DNA from: a virus
Lineage: Duplodnaviria; Caudoviricetes
Length of the DNA stretch: 64,000 nt
Reading direction: 5' to 3' (one strand)
IMG/VR virus record: IMGVR_UViG_2871841451_000001
Coordinates: 2,813-66,812 of that record
The position numbers were made by a program, and so were the translations under genes. Below are positions 27,314 to 36,970 of this stretch, piece after piece. The notes under the pieces were generated by a model. That model made no database searches. It worked only from the letters and a program-made list of their open reading frames with translations, and was not told where the DNA came from. How positions within the stretch are numbered: position 1 is the stretch's first letter; each line of letters opens with the position of its first letter.

Positions 27314-27606
27314 TTGGCCTCCGGATGCTTTTCGTCGCCTTCGAATTTAGTCCCACAGAGAGGGCAGTAGCTCATCATGCAAAGGTGATCTGCTTTGGTC
27401 TGGTTTGCTGCCAGTCCGCCGCCCTTGCGCTTGCGGTAGTAGCGGAATTTAAAATTCATCGCCACCGGGGAATGATCGCCACCGCTGAAGTTGTAGAGCG
27501 AGTGCTCGAACCCAGCCTCTTCAATCTCTCCAAGGGCATCGCCGACCTTTTCGGAAATGCGTTCCTTGAACAGCGTGGCTGTTTTTTCAAAGCAATTACA
27601 GGCCAT
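27310..27606 (-). CDS. Cys-rich hypothetical phage protein
   Basis: CNC...YCPLCG. Confidence 0.6.
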   Translation of the reverse strand: MACNCFEKTATLFKERISEKVGDALGEIEEAGFEHSLYNFSGGDHSPVAMNFKFRYYRKRKGGGLAANQTKADHLCMMSYCPLCGTKFEGDEKHPEAK

Positions 27607-27607
27607 G

Positions 27608-28102
27608 TTATTTACCCTCCCGCAGCTCGGTAGCGAATGATTCCAAGCATCGGATCTGGTTTCGAATGAGCGCAGATGTCATACCAAAGGCGTGAGTATC
27701 AGGATGCATGTCGGCGAGCTCTCTTTTCTTTCTGCCGATAAGCAGCTCAATAGCCTCAACCTTTGCTCGCGCTTGGATAGCTGCAAGTGCGGCGTCAGTG
27801 GCTGGGGTTTCGGAGTTGAACAGCTCATCATTGGCAATCATCGCCACTACTCCGGCTTGTCCTTTGTCGGTTACATCCACATGTTCCAAAATTACGGAAA
27901 GCGCGTGCTTAAAGCCTGCATTCTCCACAGCCAGCGCATTAACTCGATCTGCCAGCGCATCGCGCTCAGCCTTCAGTGCGATCACTTCCTGCTGGTGGGC
28001 ATCAAATCGAACATATTCACCGTGTTCAGCTTCACGCGCGAAAGCCTCAAAGCGCACTGCGTGCATTTTGTAGTCAGGGGTAAACCGCTGGATGGTTGTC
28101 AT
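27608..28102 (-). CDS. Ead-like coiled-coil protein
   Basis: NALAVENAG...ETPATDA. Confidence 0.65.
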   Translation of the reverse strand: MTTIQRFTPDYKMHAVRFEAFAREAEHGEYVRFDAHQQEVIALKAERDALADRVNALAVENAGFKHALSVILEHVDVTDKGQAGVVAMIANDELFNSETPATDAALAAIQARAKVEAIELLIGRKKRELADMHPDTHAFGMTSALIRNQIRCLESFATELREGK

Positions 28103-28881
28103 TCGTCGTCTCCCAGCACCCAGCGGAGCGCCTGAGCGTAATCACCGCTCGCACCCTCAAGGGCTTTCGTGATTTCTTTTCGGGACTTCATGCGGGGTTT
28201 GGCATCGCCAATCACCTGGCGCTGCCGGCGTGCCTTTTCATGGCCTTTGGTGCCGGCAGTTGCCGCTTCAACCTCTTTCACTTTTTCGCGCTGTTCGTCG
28301 GGTGTGAGGTTCGCCAGCTGCCGCGCCTGGGTAACAGTAATGTCGCCAGATTCAACCGCATCTTTAACGGCCTGAGTGGCATCGAGCAGGGCGAGTGTGG
28401 CACGGATCGTCTGCACACCGACGCCAAACATCAGCGCTAAATCTTTTTCGTCGTGGCCCCGCGTCAGCGCATCAGCCATTTTCTTGGCACGGCCCAGCGG
28501 CGTATCGGCCTGAAAGATTTCATTGGCACTAATCATCACTTCAGCAACGCTAAACGGCGAGCCGCGTCTGACCACTGCCGGCACAAGAGGTTTTTTGCCT
28601 TCTTCCCGCAGACGTTTATTTGCTTCGAGGGTGTTTTTAACCCGCTGGCGACCTTCAACTACGCATGAGCGGCCTGTTTCTGGGTCTTTCCAGATAATGA
28701 TCGGCTCCAGCACCCCCAACTTCATGATGCTAAGCACAGTCGGCTCATGGAGAGGAAGGTGGATGCGTTCGTCGTAAAGCGGGTGCGTTTTATCAGACAC
28801 CAGGTGCAGATTTTCCGGCTCGAACATCAGCACGTTGGTTTTACCGCTGGCGCCGTAGGCTTCCTTTGAGTTTTTGGCCAT
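28099..28881 (-). CDS. ParB-like nuclease/HTH protein
   Basis: GVLEPIII...VEGRQR followed by an HTH. Confidence 0.8.
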   Translation of the reverse strand: MAKNSKEAYGASGKTNVLMFEPENLHLVSDKTHPLYDERIHLPLHEPTVLSIMKLGVLEPIIIWKDPETGRSCVVEGRQRVKNTLEANKRLREEGKKPLVPAVVRRGSPFSVAEVMISANEIFQADTPLGRAKKMADALTRGHDEKDLALMFGVGVQTIRATLALLDATQAVKDAVESGDITVTQARQLANLTPDEQREKVKEVEAATAGTKGHEKARRQRQVIGDAKPRMKSRKEITKALEGASGDYAQALRWVLGDDE

Positions 28882-29021
28882 GCATCAACTCCAGACCGCG
28901 CCGGCAGTCAGCAGGCACAGGGTAAAAATGAGAAGGTAGAAAAGGTGTTTGCCGTGGTGGCGTTTAGGGGCGAAATCGCCCCCGGTCAGGTCGTACTTGT
29001 GCTGAATACGGGCGTTGAGGC

Positions 29022-29234
29022 TTACCATGTTGGCCTCCGCTGCTGAGCGTGAAAACGGCGCTGCAGTGTTCTGATGTTCTGGCGGACGACGTACACCGGC
29101 GCGCAGGTATCGGAACAGACGAGGATTCGGACGGCTTTATATCTGCCGTCCTCGTAGCGTTGAATGCTTACGGACTGTTTGGCTACGTCGCGGGTTTTCC
29201 CGCAATGCTCACAGCGTTGGGTAGTGGTTTGCAT
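29022..29234 (-). CDS. Small zinc-finger-like protein
   Basis: CEHC...CSDTC. Confidence 0.55.
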   Translation of the reverse strand: MQTTTQRCEHCGKTRDVAKQSVSIQRYEDGRYKAVRILVCSDTCAPVYVVRQNIRTLQRRFHAQQRRPTW

Positions 29235-29263
29235 AACATGTCCTCTCAATGAAATTCACATGG

Positions 29264-29590
29264 GTAAAGGCGCTGCCTTGTTGGGATCCGCGCTCGCTTT
29301 CGCTACGGTTCCGGCACTTCCGGAGCGGTGGGCAGCGCCTTTACTGATGTGAAAAAAAGAGCCCCGGCGAGCGGGGCGAAGGATGTGACAAGGGAAGTGG
29401 TACTGAGCAGGCTTGTGATTTCTCACGCACCTGGTGGCGCATCGAACCGGGGCTTTATACTGTGCAGGTTAAAAGGTGAACCGGAACGATACGCCACCAG
29501 ATAGGTGAGGTATTGGGCTGACCACTCATGAGGTAGGATCCTTCACCGCTTCCAGAATTTAAGGAATCGGGCGAGTGGTCAGCCCAATAC
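29264..29590. repeat. Three closely spaced long inverted repeats plus a minus-strand terminator
   Basis: 14-bp stem 29264-77/29331-44; interrupted stem 29422-29509; 18-bp perfect stem 29510-27/29573-90. Confidence 0.8.
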
Positions 29591-29728
29591 GCCGGCATTA
29601 ACCGGCGATGATAAAGCCGACTACTGTCCAGCAGGCGGCGCATAAGACAAACACGCCCAGCCAGACTTTTTCATTGAATGTCATGATTGCCTCAGTGCGC
29701 CCCGTAGGGCGCGGTGGGTGTCAGTCGA

Positions 29729-30262
29729 TTAGCGGGGTTCAATTAGTTGCGTTACTCTGTCATTGCCTTGGAAATTCCATTCTCTGCCAGGGCCGAAGTA
29801 GCCCGGTTCAATTCTGCCGGATACCCATTCAGCAATATTTGCCGCTACATCTTTTCCGTCAGTTCCCGCCCCGGGGAAACTGAGTACTTTTATCACTTTA
29901 AAGACCGCACCATGCGCGTGAACAATGTCACCGATAATAACTTCTGTGTTTAAAACTCTTTGTAATTCCATCATTTTACCCTTTGTAGCCCCGCCGCTTT
30001 GGCTGTCGGTACTACGCCAAATCCCGGAACAAACAAAATCGGTGAAATGTTGCTGGTTAACTATGGTTTGTCCTGCAGTCAGCATGTCAGGGTGGGCTGT
30101 TTGATAGTCAGCTTTCCGATCAGCAATGAACGAAACCATGTCAGCGCCACGACGATTCACATTAAAGTTTCCTGTGTGAACCAACATCGCCGCAAAACGT
30201 TGCTGAACGTTGAATTCAACAGCCGTTTCATATGCGTCTTTACTGAATTTCTCGTTAGTCAT
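29729..30262 (-). CDS. Hypothetical early protein
   Basis: Intact ORF with GAGG RBS in the pL operon. Confidence 0.6.
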   Translation of the reverse strand: MTNEKFSKDAYETAVEFNVQQRFAAMLVHTGNFNVNRRGADMVSFIADRKADYQTAHPDMLTAGQTIVNQQHFTDFVCSGIWRSTDSQSGGATKGKMMELQRVLNTEVIIGDIVHAHGAVFKVIKVLSFPGAGTDGKDVAANIAEWVSGRIEPGYFGPGREWNFQGNDRVTQLIEPR

Positions 30263-30279
30263 CGTGTAACCCTCTGCTG

Positions 30280-30438
30280 TTAGTCGGCCATCTGACGAGC
30301 AAACCAGCGTTGCGCGCCTGTTTCGGTTTTAAAATCCCGGCTCTTGGTGAACGTCATCGCGGTAAACGTGCCGTCGCCGTTTGGGAAAACGCCGGTCTTT
30401 ACTGTTTCGTTGTTGCCCATATCGTGAGAAGTGTTCAT
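30280..30438 (-). CDS. DUF1391-like small protein
   Basis: Manual translation: MGNNETVKTGVFPNGDGTFTAMTFTKSRDFKTETGAQRWF. Confidence 0.7.
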   Translation of the reverse strand: MNTSHDMGNNETVKTGVFPNGDGTFTAMTFTKSRDFKTETGAQRWFARQMAD

Positions 30439-30798
30439 CGCTAATCCTCAGTGGTTTTATGCCTACCGCCCCAAACTGGCAGCGGCAGGGTAAATCCACT
30501 CGTCGTTTTAAGCTGCTTGTGCGTTCGCCGGGCGCTAACCGGTTACTTAGTAATGCTTTACGCCTCCTTTCCCTCACTGCGTCGCCGTGGGAACCCGACC
30601 TGTAACACCGTCGTCGCGTGGCTGGCCTGTAGGCCATGAGCCGATTTACTGCTTCATTGGCTTGATCTCCTTTGTTGATAAATCGTCACCCAGTCCTGTC
30701 CGCTGCATGCCGTTGGTGCCATACCCCCGTAAGGGCTGGGGACTGCCGGGTACTGAGTTGTGCAGATCTCTCTGCTCAGTGCTGGGTGACTAAACCTG

Positions 30799-30812
30799 AT
30801 TGTTAAAGAGCG
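30799..30812 (-). promoter_or_regulatory. boxA antitermination site in pL leader
   Basis: CGCTCTTTAACAAT on the minus strand. Confidence 0.8.
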
Positions 30813-30859
30813 TCCCGGTGGTTTGGGGTGACGTTGTTGCTGTCGATGGATTCAATTTA

Positions 30860-30887
30860 TGCGTATAACGCAAATGCGTCAAGCGCA
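30860..30887. promoter_or_regulatory. OL operators / pL (TGCG-N5-CGCA, two copies)
   Basis: TGCGTATAACGCA and TGCGTCAAGCGCA; same motif as at OR. Confidence 0.75.
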
Positions 30888-31011
30888 AAAATAAGCGTAA
30901 ATTTGTGTTTTTACGCATATGGTTGAAATTTCTGGTTAAAAAATTTGCGTGGGGAGTGGATTTTAGGCACAAAAAAACCGGCCTGAGCCGGTTTGATTGC
31001 TTATATGTGGT

Positions 31012-31752
31012 TTACCAAGTGGATGAAGACCAGAAAACCCGACCAAGAACAACTAGTAGTTCTTTTCTTTGCTGGAGGGTAAGAACTTCATCTTTAAACT
31101 CTTCTCGGTTCATTGAGCGGATCACGACACCGCCATCTGGCTGCTCAATAAGATATTTTACTCTAAGCAGATCGCCATGACGGATGCCATAGGCCTTACC
31201 ATCCCGGATGCGCGTATCGTCGGTGTTAATACCTACTACATCACCGTCAGACAATCTTGGTTCCATACTGTTGCCAATCACCCTGACAAGTTTGGCCGCA
31301 GAAATAGACACTCCCAACTTGTGTAGATAATAACGCCGGAAAATTAAGGCAAACTCTTCTTTTTCCACAATTTCGACACTGCCATCACCTGCAGAAAAAT
31401 GAACGTCAATTAGTGGGATTTCCACAAATTCCTCGCTGTCCTGAGCTCCATCCTCCCATACTGAGGCTTTAAGCCTGGTTGGCTGAGCATCAGACTCAGG
31501 AGATAAGTTTTCGAAAGGCAAATCAGGCCTGAAAAGGTCGCTAACAGGGCGTTCAAAGAAGTCAGCAATCTTTCTGATCATCTCGTCACTATAACCCTGC
31601 TTAGCCCGCTCCAGGCGAGAGATGTTCCCTACGTCGCTATCAACAGCATTCGCAAGGTCAGCAAGATTTAGCCCCTTCTTAACGCGAAGGTGCCGGATGT
31701 TACGACCGACAGTAGGGTCGATTTCTTTAGGTAGCTTCTTTTCGGTTTCCAT
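31012..31752 (-). CDS. cI: CI-like repressor (HTH plus S24 autopeptidase)
   Basis: N-terminal HTH; SAG cleavage site; GNSMEP catalytic Ser; VK catalytic Lys. Confidence 0.93.
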   Translation of the reverse strand: METEKKLPKEIDPTVGRNIRHLRVKKGLNLADLANAVDSDVGNISRLERAKQGYSDEMIRKIADFFERPVSDLFRPDLPFENLSPESDAQPTRLKASVWEDGAQDSEEFVEIPLIDVHFSAGDGSVEIVEKEEFALIFRRYYLHKLGVSISAAKLVRVIGNSMEPRLSDGDVVGINTDDTRIRDGKAYGIRHGDLLRVKYLIEQPDGGVVIRSMNREEFKDEVLTLQQRKELLVVLGRVFWSSSTW

Positions 31753-31773
31753 GCCGTCATTTTTCCATTCATG

Positions 31774-31834
31774 TGCGTCACACGCAAAGCGTCTTGCGCA
31801 AAAATGAAATGCGCATTAATATGCGTGTAGCGCA
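31774..31834. promoter_or_regulatory. OR operators (TGCG-N5-CGCA, three copies)
   Basis: 31774-86, 31788-800 (one mismatch) and 31822-34, between cI and cro. Confidence 0.75.
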
Positions 31835-31850
31835 ATTAAAAGGGGCCGCT

Positions 31851-32099
31851 ATGCAAACACCACTTAGAAATATGCGTGTAAAGAAAGAGCTCAAGATCAC
31901 TGACGTAGCCCATGCGGTCAATTGTGATCCTGGTTACCTGAGCCGTGTAGAACGTGGCGTGCATACAGCATCGCCTGAGTTGGCTGAAAAGCTATCTCGA
32001 TTCTACTCCGGTGAGATCACCGAGCTGCAAATTCTTTACCCAAAACGTTATGCGCGAGCCAGCGAAAGCCAGCCGCCAATCATCAACCAATCACTGTAA
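31851..32099 (+). CDS. cro: Cro-like HTH regulator
   Basis: DPGYLSRVERG...ITELQILYP; divergent from cI. Confidence 0.85.
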   Translation: MQTPLRNMRVKKELKITDVAHAVNCDPGYLSRVERGVHTASPELAEKLSRFYSGEITELQILYPKRYARASESQPPIINQSL

Positions 32100-32116
32100 G
32101 ACAACGGAAATTGTAA

Positions 32117-32410
32117 ATGGAATCAGTCGCAACAACACGCAACGAAGCTCAGGCGATTCAGAGCGACATCATGAGTCGCATTGCAGCTATCGGGGTGACA
32201 AGCCTTGCCGGTGCGATCGGCGTTGATAAATCGCAGGTGAGCCGCTGGCAGAGCAAAGGGGGGCTGGTGGAGAAAGCGAGCCTGCTGCTTGCCGCTACGG
32301 GATTTAAGCGTTCGGAAACCATGCTGACGTTCAGGGGCGAGGAAGTCGCTGATCTGGCGCGTGGGTTAATGGCGATGCTGGAGCACATCCGGGAACCAAA
32401 GACGGAATAG
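32117..32410 (+). CDS. cII: CII-like activator
   Basis: IGVDKSQVSRW resembles the lambda CII HTH; position after cro. Confidence 0.85.
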   Translation: MESVATTRNEAQAIQSDIMSRIAAIGVTSLAGAIGVDKSQVSRWQSKGGLVEKASLLLAATGFKRSETMLTFRGEEVADLARGLMAMLEHIREPKTE

Positions 32411-32418
32411 GGGGCTTT

Positions 32419-32684
32419 ATGGCCTGGGACACGTTTGTTTACGACAACATCAAGAAGCAACTGGTGAAAGAGGGATTCAGCGAAGCGCTGGCTCAGGGGG
32501 GGCATCACACGGAGCCGACCTTTACCGGCGGAAGTCGCAGGCGAGCAGGAAGGGGATGATTTATGACGACTGTCTCACGCTTGCGCGCCAGTACGTACTT
32601 GCAAGCTGTACCAAGGAAGAAAAACCGGAGTCAGGGAAGAAAAAGAGCCGAACAGTTGCAGCTGCTCGGCCGACACTTTTCTAG
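32419..32684 (+). pseudogene. Small phage gene frameshifted at a G7 tract
   Basis: Adding one G at 32496-32502 gives an 88-aa ORF MAWDTF...QGGASHGADLYRRKSQASRKGMIYDDCL... that fills the gap between cII and the KilA-N gene. Confidence 0.65.
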
Positions 32685-32698
32685 ATAGGAGTTCTGCT

Positions 32699-33436
32699 AT
32701 GAACAACCTGATTGTGATCGAAGAGACTGCCATTCGTCAAGACTCGGCTGGCCGTTACTGCCTGAATGACCTGCATCGGGCCGCTGGTGGTGAGGAACGC
32801 CATAAGCCGAAATACTGGTACGCCACCCAGCAAACGCAAGAACTTGTACAACTTTTGACCGAGGGAGGAATTCCCCCCTCGGAACAAAATCAACCAATTA
32901 GCGTTATTCGCGGTGGTTTGGAGCAGGGCAGCTATGCATGCAAAGAGCTGGTTTACTCCTATGCCATGTGGATCAGCGCAGCTTTCAACCTGAAGGTGAT
33001 ACGCACATTCGACGCCGTGCAGACCGCATCACCGATGACCGAGCTTGAAATGATCGCTCTGATGGCGACCAAAGCCGCCGAGCAGCAGCGCCAGATGAAC
33101 GCATTACAGCTGCAGGTGAGCGGTGTAACCCAGCAGATTGAAGAAATCTCGACCGGTGCCATTCCTCCAGGCTGGCAGACCGTCCGCAACCTGGTTGCTG
33201 AATCCGGCCTTTCAGACGGAAAGGTAAGAGCGTTGATCAGCGCCTTCCATGTACCCAGCAAGAAAATCCCCTTCAACGCACCGGGCGGCATTTTGACGAA
33301 TGCGACGGTGGCGAAAGAGGACGATTTCATGTCTGCCCTGGGCGAGGTACGCCGAACGGCGACGCGCGCCTGCCGCAGCAAGTACTGGTATCACCCGCGC
33401 CTTGGCCGCTTCGAGATGAAAGAGCTGCATGACTAG
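32699..33436 (+). CDS. KilA-N domain protein (antirepressor-like)
   Basis: GRYCLNDLHRAAG and KELVYSYAMWISAAF. Confidence 0.85.
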   Translation: MNNLIVIEETAIRQDSAGRYCLNDLHRAAGGEERHKPKYWYATQQTQELVQLLTEGGIPPSEQNQPISVIRGGLEQGSYACKELVYSYAMWISAAFNLKVIRTFDAVQTASPMTELEMIALMATKAAEQQRQMNALQLQVSGVTQQIEEISTGAIPPGWQTVRNLVAESGLSDGKVRALISAFHVPSKKIPFNAPGGILTNATVAKEDDFMSALGEVRRTATRACRSKYWYHPRLGRFEMKELHD

Positions 33437-33605
33437 CCGCGAGGTTGATCGGTACTACGAAGACAGCCACGGCATCCGCGTGCATGTCATCCGTTGGGAA
33501 ATCGGCGAGAACCGAGTGATTTTTCTGCGTGATGGTTATGAGCATGGCGAGTGCTTCAGGTCTGTCGAGAACTTCAAAGAGAATTTTAAGCGAGTCGAAG
33601 TATGA
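33429..33605 (+). CDS. DUF4222-like small protein
   Basis: Manual translation: YEDSHGIRVHVIRWE...VIFLRDGYEHGECF; overlaps both neighbours. Confidence 0.7.
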   Translation: MTSREVDRYYEDSHGIRVHVIRWEIGENRVIFLRDGYEHGECFRSVENFKENFKRVEV

Positions 33606-34627
33606 GCATGAACCTGATGGCGCAGGCTATGAGCATCAAAGTGGGCAACCCACTGCGCAAGCTGGTGCTGATCAAGATAGCCGACAACGCGAACGACAAG
33701 GGCGAATGCTGGCCTTCATATCAGCATGTCGCTGACCACTGTGAGTGCAGCAAAAGCGCTGTACGGGCGCACATTGAGGCATTGATTAAGATGGGTTTAC
33801 TCACCAAAGAGAACCGCCTGGGCGTGAATAACGGCAAGGGTAATACCTCGAATCTCTACTATCTGACCCTGGATAACCCTGTGCCGTCAGAAAGCATAGC
33901 CCCCTGTGCCGTCAAAAAGCATAGCCCTATGCCGTCAAAAAGCACAGGGGTGTGCCAGCAGGTGACACAGGGTGTGCCGTCAGAAAGCACACCCCCTATG
34001 CCAGCAGATGGCACCAGAACCAGTCACTCTTTTGAACCAGTCATTGAACCAAAAGAAAAACCCCCCTTAGCCCCCCAGAACGATGCTGGAGCAGCGAACC
34101 CATCGGATGAGGCTGGGGAAGTTCTCGATTTTCTGAATGAAAAAATCAACGGCAGGACGCCAAAGCGTGCCGACACGTTGCGTGAAATTGCCGAGCGCCT
34201 GGCAGAAGGCAACAGCGCCGCCGAACTGAAGCTGGTGGCTGAACACCGCGCAAGTCTGCTGCTGGGTGATCCTAAGATGGGCCACATGCTCAGCGCCAAG
34301 ATGATTTTCGATGCCGTCCGGTTCGGTGGGTATCTGGCAGCCGCCAAAGCCTGGGATCGTCAGCGCAGCCACAAAGCTGCTATGGCTGAAGCGGTCGAAC
34401 AGCAGCGCCAGGAGCCGGTGGCCGGTGACGCGCCGGAGATTAATTTCGATGATGCGTTCGATCGCCTGCTAATTGAAGGCTTGCAGCCTGAGAATCCGGC
34501 CGAGAAACAGGCGTTACAGCATGTTCAGAAGCACGGCTTCAGTTCCAAGGTTGAAGAAAACGCACGCCGTGAGTGGCGGGTAATTTTGGCTAAGGCGTAT
34601 GCCCGCACAGGAGGCGTTGAGGTATGA
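33602..34627 (+). CDS. Replication initiator (O-like, HTH)
   Basis: KLVLIKIADNANDKGECWPS; internal iterons. Confidence 0.88.
   Translation: MSMNLMAQAMSIKVGNPLRKLVLIKIADNANDKGECWPSYQHVADHCECSKSAVRAHIEALIKMGLLTKENRLGVNNGKGNTSNLYYLTLDNPVPSESIAPCAVKKHSPMPSKSTGVCQQVTQGVPSESTPPMPADGTRTSHSFEPVIEPKEKPPLAPQNDAGAANPSDEAGEVLDFLNEKINGRTPKRADTLREIAERLAEGNSAAELKLVAEHRASLLLGDPKMGHMLSAKMIFDAVRFGGYLAAAKAWDRQRSHKAAMAEAVEQQRQEPVAGDAPEINFDDAFDRLLIEGLQPENPAEKQALQHVQKHGFSSKVEENARREWRVILAKAYARTGGVEV
33880..34016. repeat. Replication origin iterons
   Basis: About six imperfect TGCCGTCARAAAGCA repeats inside the initiator gene. Confidence 0.8.
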
Positions 34628-35598
34628 GAGCGATAGTCAAAGCAGCGGTACAGCGTGATCTGGGTATTGTGCTGATCCCAGTTACTGAGGAGATGGCGTT
34701 TCACATGAACGGGCGCCTGATGATTTCTACCATTCCTCGTAAATTTGTGGATACGCCGGAAGGGGTTCTGCCGCCTGTAGAACATGAGATCGCCAGCGAC
34801 CCGAGGCTGCAGGTTTTCTTCCAGCACGAGCGAGTCATAAACGCCTGCGGCGGGGTTAACGCGATTGAAGCCTGGGCGACGCAGTTCACGAAATGCCAAT
34901 ACAGCAAACATGATCGGCCTTCGACGATTCTGGATACTGAGCGAGTAGGGCATTCCGCCGTTCGCATTTGCCCACAGTGTTACAAACAAAGCTGCGGCTC
35001 ATCGCCAAAGCTGGAAAAAATTGCAGCACGTAATACTGCGCGCTGGATAGCTGAGACGGCGAAGCACCGCTTGAAGTCGGAAGGGCCGCTAACCATTCCT
35101 GAGCTGCTGCTGTGGTCGATGCTGGCCGGTTTGTTCGATCTGATTCCTGAAGAAGTAGCGCGCACAGTGACCGACAGGCCGGAACCAAAGGTGATTAGCG
35201 GCACACGCAAGGAGTCCGAAATGGACTGCCAGCCAGCGGTTAAAGAACTCATCGTTAAGCAGGCGGTTAAGTGCTTCACCGTAGACCCGGCACCACAAAA
35301 GGCCTTCATGCTGCGGCCGAAGCTCACCCGCGTAGAGGACAGCAAATATACCCGCTGGGTTAAGACTCGTCCTTGCTGTGGCTGCGGCGCCAGAGCTGAT
35401 GACCCTCACCATATCATCGGCCACGGCCTGGGAGGGATGGGAACCAAGCCCAGTGACTACCTGACAATCCCGCTGTGCCGTACATGTCACCGCAAACTGC
35501 ATGACGATCCAGCGGCATGGGAAGCGGAACATGGTAGCCAAACCGATTTGCTGGCGCAGTTCCTGGATTACTCCATTGGCATCGGGGCGATCGCATGA
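34624..35598 (+). CDS. DUF968-family protein (C-terminal HNH-like zinc domain)
   Basis: CCGCG..ADDPHHIIGHGLGGMGTK..IPLCRTCH. Confidence 0.85.
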   Translation: MRAIVKAAVQRDLGIVLIPVTEEMAFHMNGRLMISTIPRKFVDTPEGVLPPVEHEIASDPRLQVFFQHERVINACGGVNAIEAWATQFTKCQYSKHDRPSTILDTERVGHSAVRICPQCYKQSCGSSPKLEKIAARNTARWIAETAKHRLKSEGPLTIPELLLWSMLAGLFDLIPEEVARTVTDRPEPKVISGTRKESEMDCQPAVKELIVKQAVKCFTVDPAPQKAFMLRPKLTRVEDSKYTRWVKTRPCCGCGARADDPHHIIGHGLGGMGTKPSDYLTIPLCRTCHRKLHDDPAAWEAEHGSQTDLLAQFLDYSIGIGAIA

Positions 35599-35951
35599 AA
35601 ACGTACCTGATCACGCCAATCCCTAAACCACGCATGACACAAAAAGACCGGTGGGCGAAGCGCCCGCCAGTTCTCCGCTACCGGGCATTCTGCGACGAGG
35701 TGAAATTGAATCGAATCTCGCTGCCTGAGAGCGGCTATCACGTGACGTTTGTTTTACCCATGCCAGAGAGCTGGAGCAAGAAGAAACGCGCTGAGATGGC
35801 CGGGAAACCGCATCAGCAGAAGCCTGATGCAGACAACTTACTAAAAGCCCTTATGGACGCAATCTACTCTGAAGATTGTGCCGTTTGGGATGTCCGCGTA
35901 ACCAAACGCTGGGGAAATGCCGGCGAGATAATCATCAAGGAAATTATATGA
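35595..35951 (+). CDS. rusA: RusA-family Holliday junction resolvase
   Basis: HQQKPDADNLLKALMDA...ED. Confidence 0.85.
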   Translation: MKTYLITPIPKPRMTQKDRWAKRPPVLRYRAFCDEVKLNRISLPESGYHVTFVLPMPESWSKKKRAEMAGKPHQQKPDADNLLKALMDAIYSEDCAVWDVRVTKRWGNAGEIIIKEII

Positions 35952-36346
35952 GAGATATCCAGTTGGTATTAGAGCGTTGGGGCCAGTGGGCGAAAGACAA
36001 CAGCGGTGTGGACTACTCTCCGATCGCAGCAGGATTTAAAGGGATTCTGCCGAATACGAGCAAGAGTAAGCCTTCATGCTGCGATAATGACGGTCTGATT
36101 GTTGACGGTGCCGTGGGTAGATTGAAGAAGGTACGCGACGAAAGAGAGCTCGGAGTAATCATGCTCCACTACCGGTACGGGGTATCAAAATCAGAGATAG
36201 CCCGTAGATGGAAGGTTTCAGAAGGGAATATAAGGCAAAAGCTAATGATGGCAGAGAGCTTTATAGAGGGCTGTTTGGCTATGACCGGGGCGACGCTTGA
36301 GATGGACGCTTGGACGAGCAGATCAGAAATTTCGGCTGTCGCGTAA
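35948..36346 (+). CDS. Q: Late antiterminator Q
   Basis: MRDIQLVLERWGQWA...AESFIEGCL. Confidence 0.88.
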   Translation: MRDIQLVLERWGQWAKDNSGVDYSPIAAGFKGILPNTSKSKPSCCDNDGLIVDGAVGRLKKVRDERELGVIMLHYRYGVSKSEIARRWKVSEGNIRQKLMMAESFIEGCLAMTGATLEMDAWTSRSEISAVA

Positions 36347-36423
36347 ATTTCCGCTTTTCGTTACGAATTTTACTGGCTATTGTGATAAGAGTGGTTACGC
36401 AGTGACGTAGCTTATCAGCTTTC

Positions 36424-36447
36424 AAAACCTCGCCTTGGCGGGGTTTT
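36424..36447 (+). terminator. tR'-like terminator after the late promoter
   Basis: AAAACCTCGCCttGGCGGGGTTTT. Confidence 0.7.
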
Positions 36448-36706
36448 CTCGTTTTCAGCCCCAGCCAACATCCGACACACACCTGGCACACCCCGTATCG
36501 CCAAATCGTTTACGGCTGGTGGCTGATCCTGCTTTCTGGAGAAAATGATGAAGGTAATTATTGAAGCGCAGGAAGGCATTATCTGGATGCGTAATGCACA
36601 AACTGGTGAAGGTATAACTTCAACAGGTTACGTAAAGGACGGCACTCAGCAGAAGATTATTGCCGCCCTTGAAGAGGCTCTCTTTCAGGCAAAAGGCCAA
36701 TTCGGG

Positions 36707-36970
36707 TTAGTTGATAACGTTAATTGAATACCGGATGTTGGCTCTATGACCTGGTGGAAGTGCCAAGACAACATTCCAATATCCGCTATGCGGAACACCA
36801 ATCCTAACCGGGAACCGCGTGTAGAAACCTCCGTAATAGCGTGCACTTCTTCCTGATTTGTAGGCTGAATAGTTACTGTCATCCAGAAGCAAAACGTTAA
36901 TTTGGTGTGAGCACTGGACGGAAACTACGCTACCACTTTCCATGTATTCCCGGCTATGAATGTGTGACAT
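36707..36970 (-). CDS. DUF1883-like moron
   Basis: INVLLLDDSNYSAY...YYGG...VPHSGYWNVVL; antisense within the late leader. Confidence 0.75.
   Translation of the reverse strand: MSHIHSREYMESGSVVSVQCSHQINVLLLDDSNYSAYKSGRSARYYGGFYTRFPVRIGVPHSGYWNVVLALPPGHRANIRYSINVIN

Noticed and set aside
29729-30262. Possible fusion of two genes (internal AAGGG-N5-ATGATG near 29973)
   Set aside because: Cannot be separated from a single two-domain ORF without homologues.
23955-30438. Integrase, excisionase, att site or Red/RecET recombinase in the leftward operon
   Set aside because: No ORF of suitable size or motif; the absence is used as evidence in the main finding.
30506-30523. Partial match to a type I-F CRISPR repeat (minus strand CGCACAAGCAGCTTAAAA), a possible RNA anti-CRISPR
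   Set aside because: The 5' arm of the Cas6f stem is missing, so the hairpin cannot form; a short match like this can arise by chance.
33880-34016. Short direct repeats resembling a mini CRISPR array
   Set aside because: Spacing is only about 20-25 nt and the repeats lie inside the initiator gene, as expected for ori iterons.
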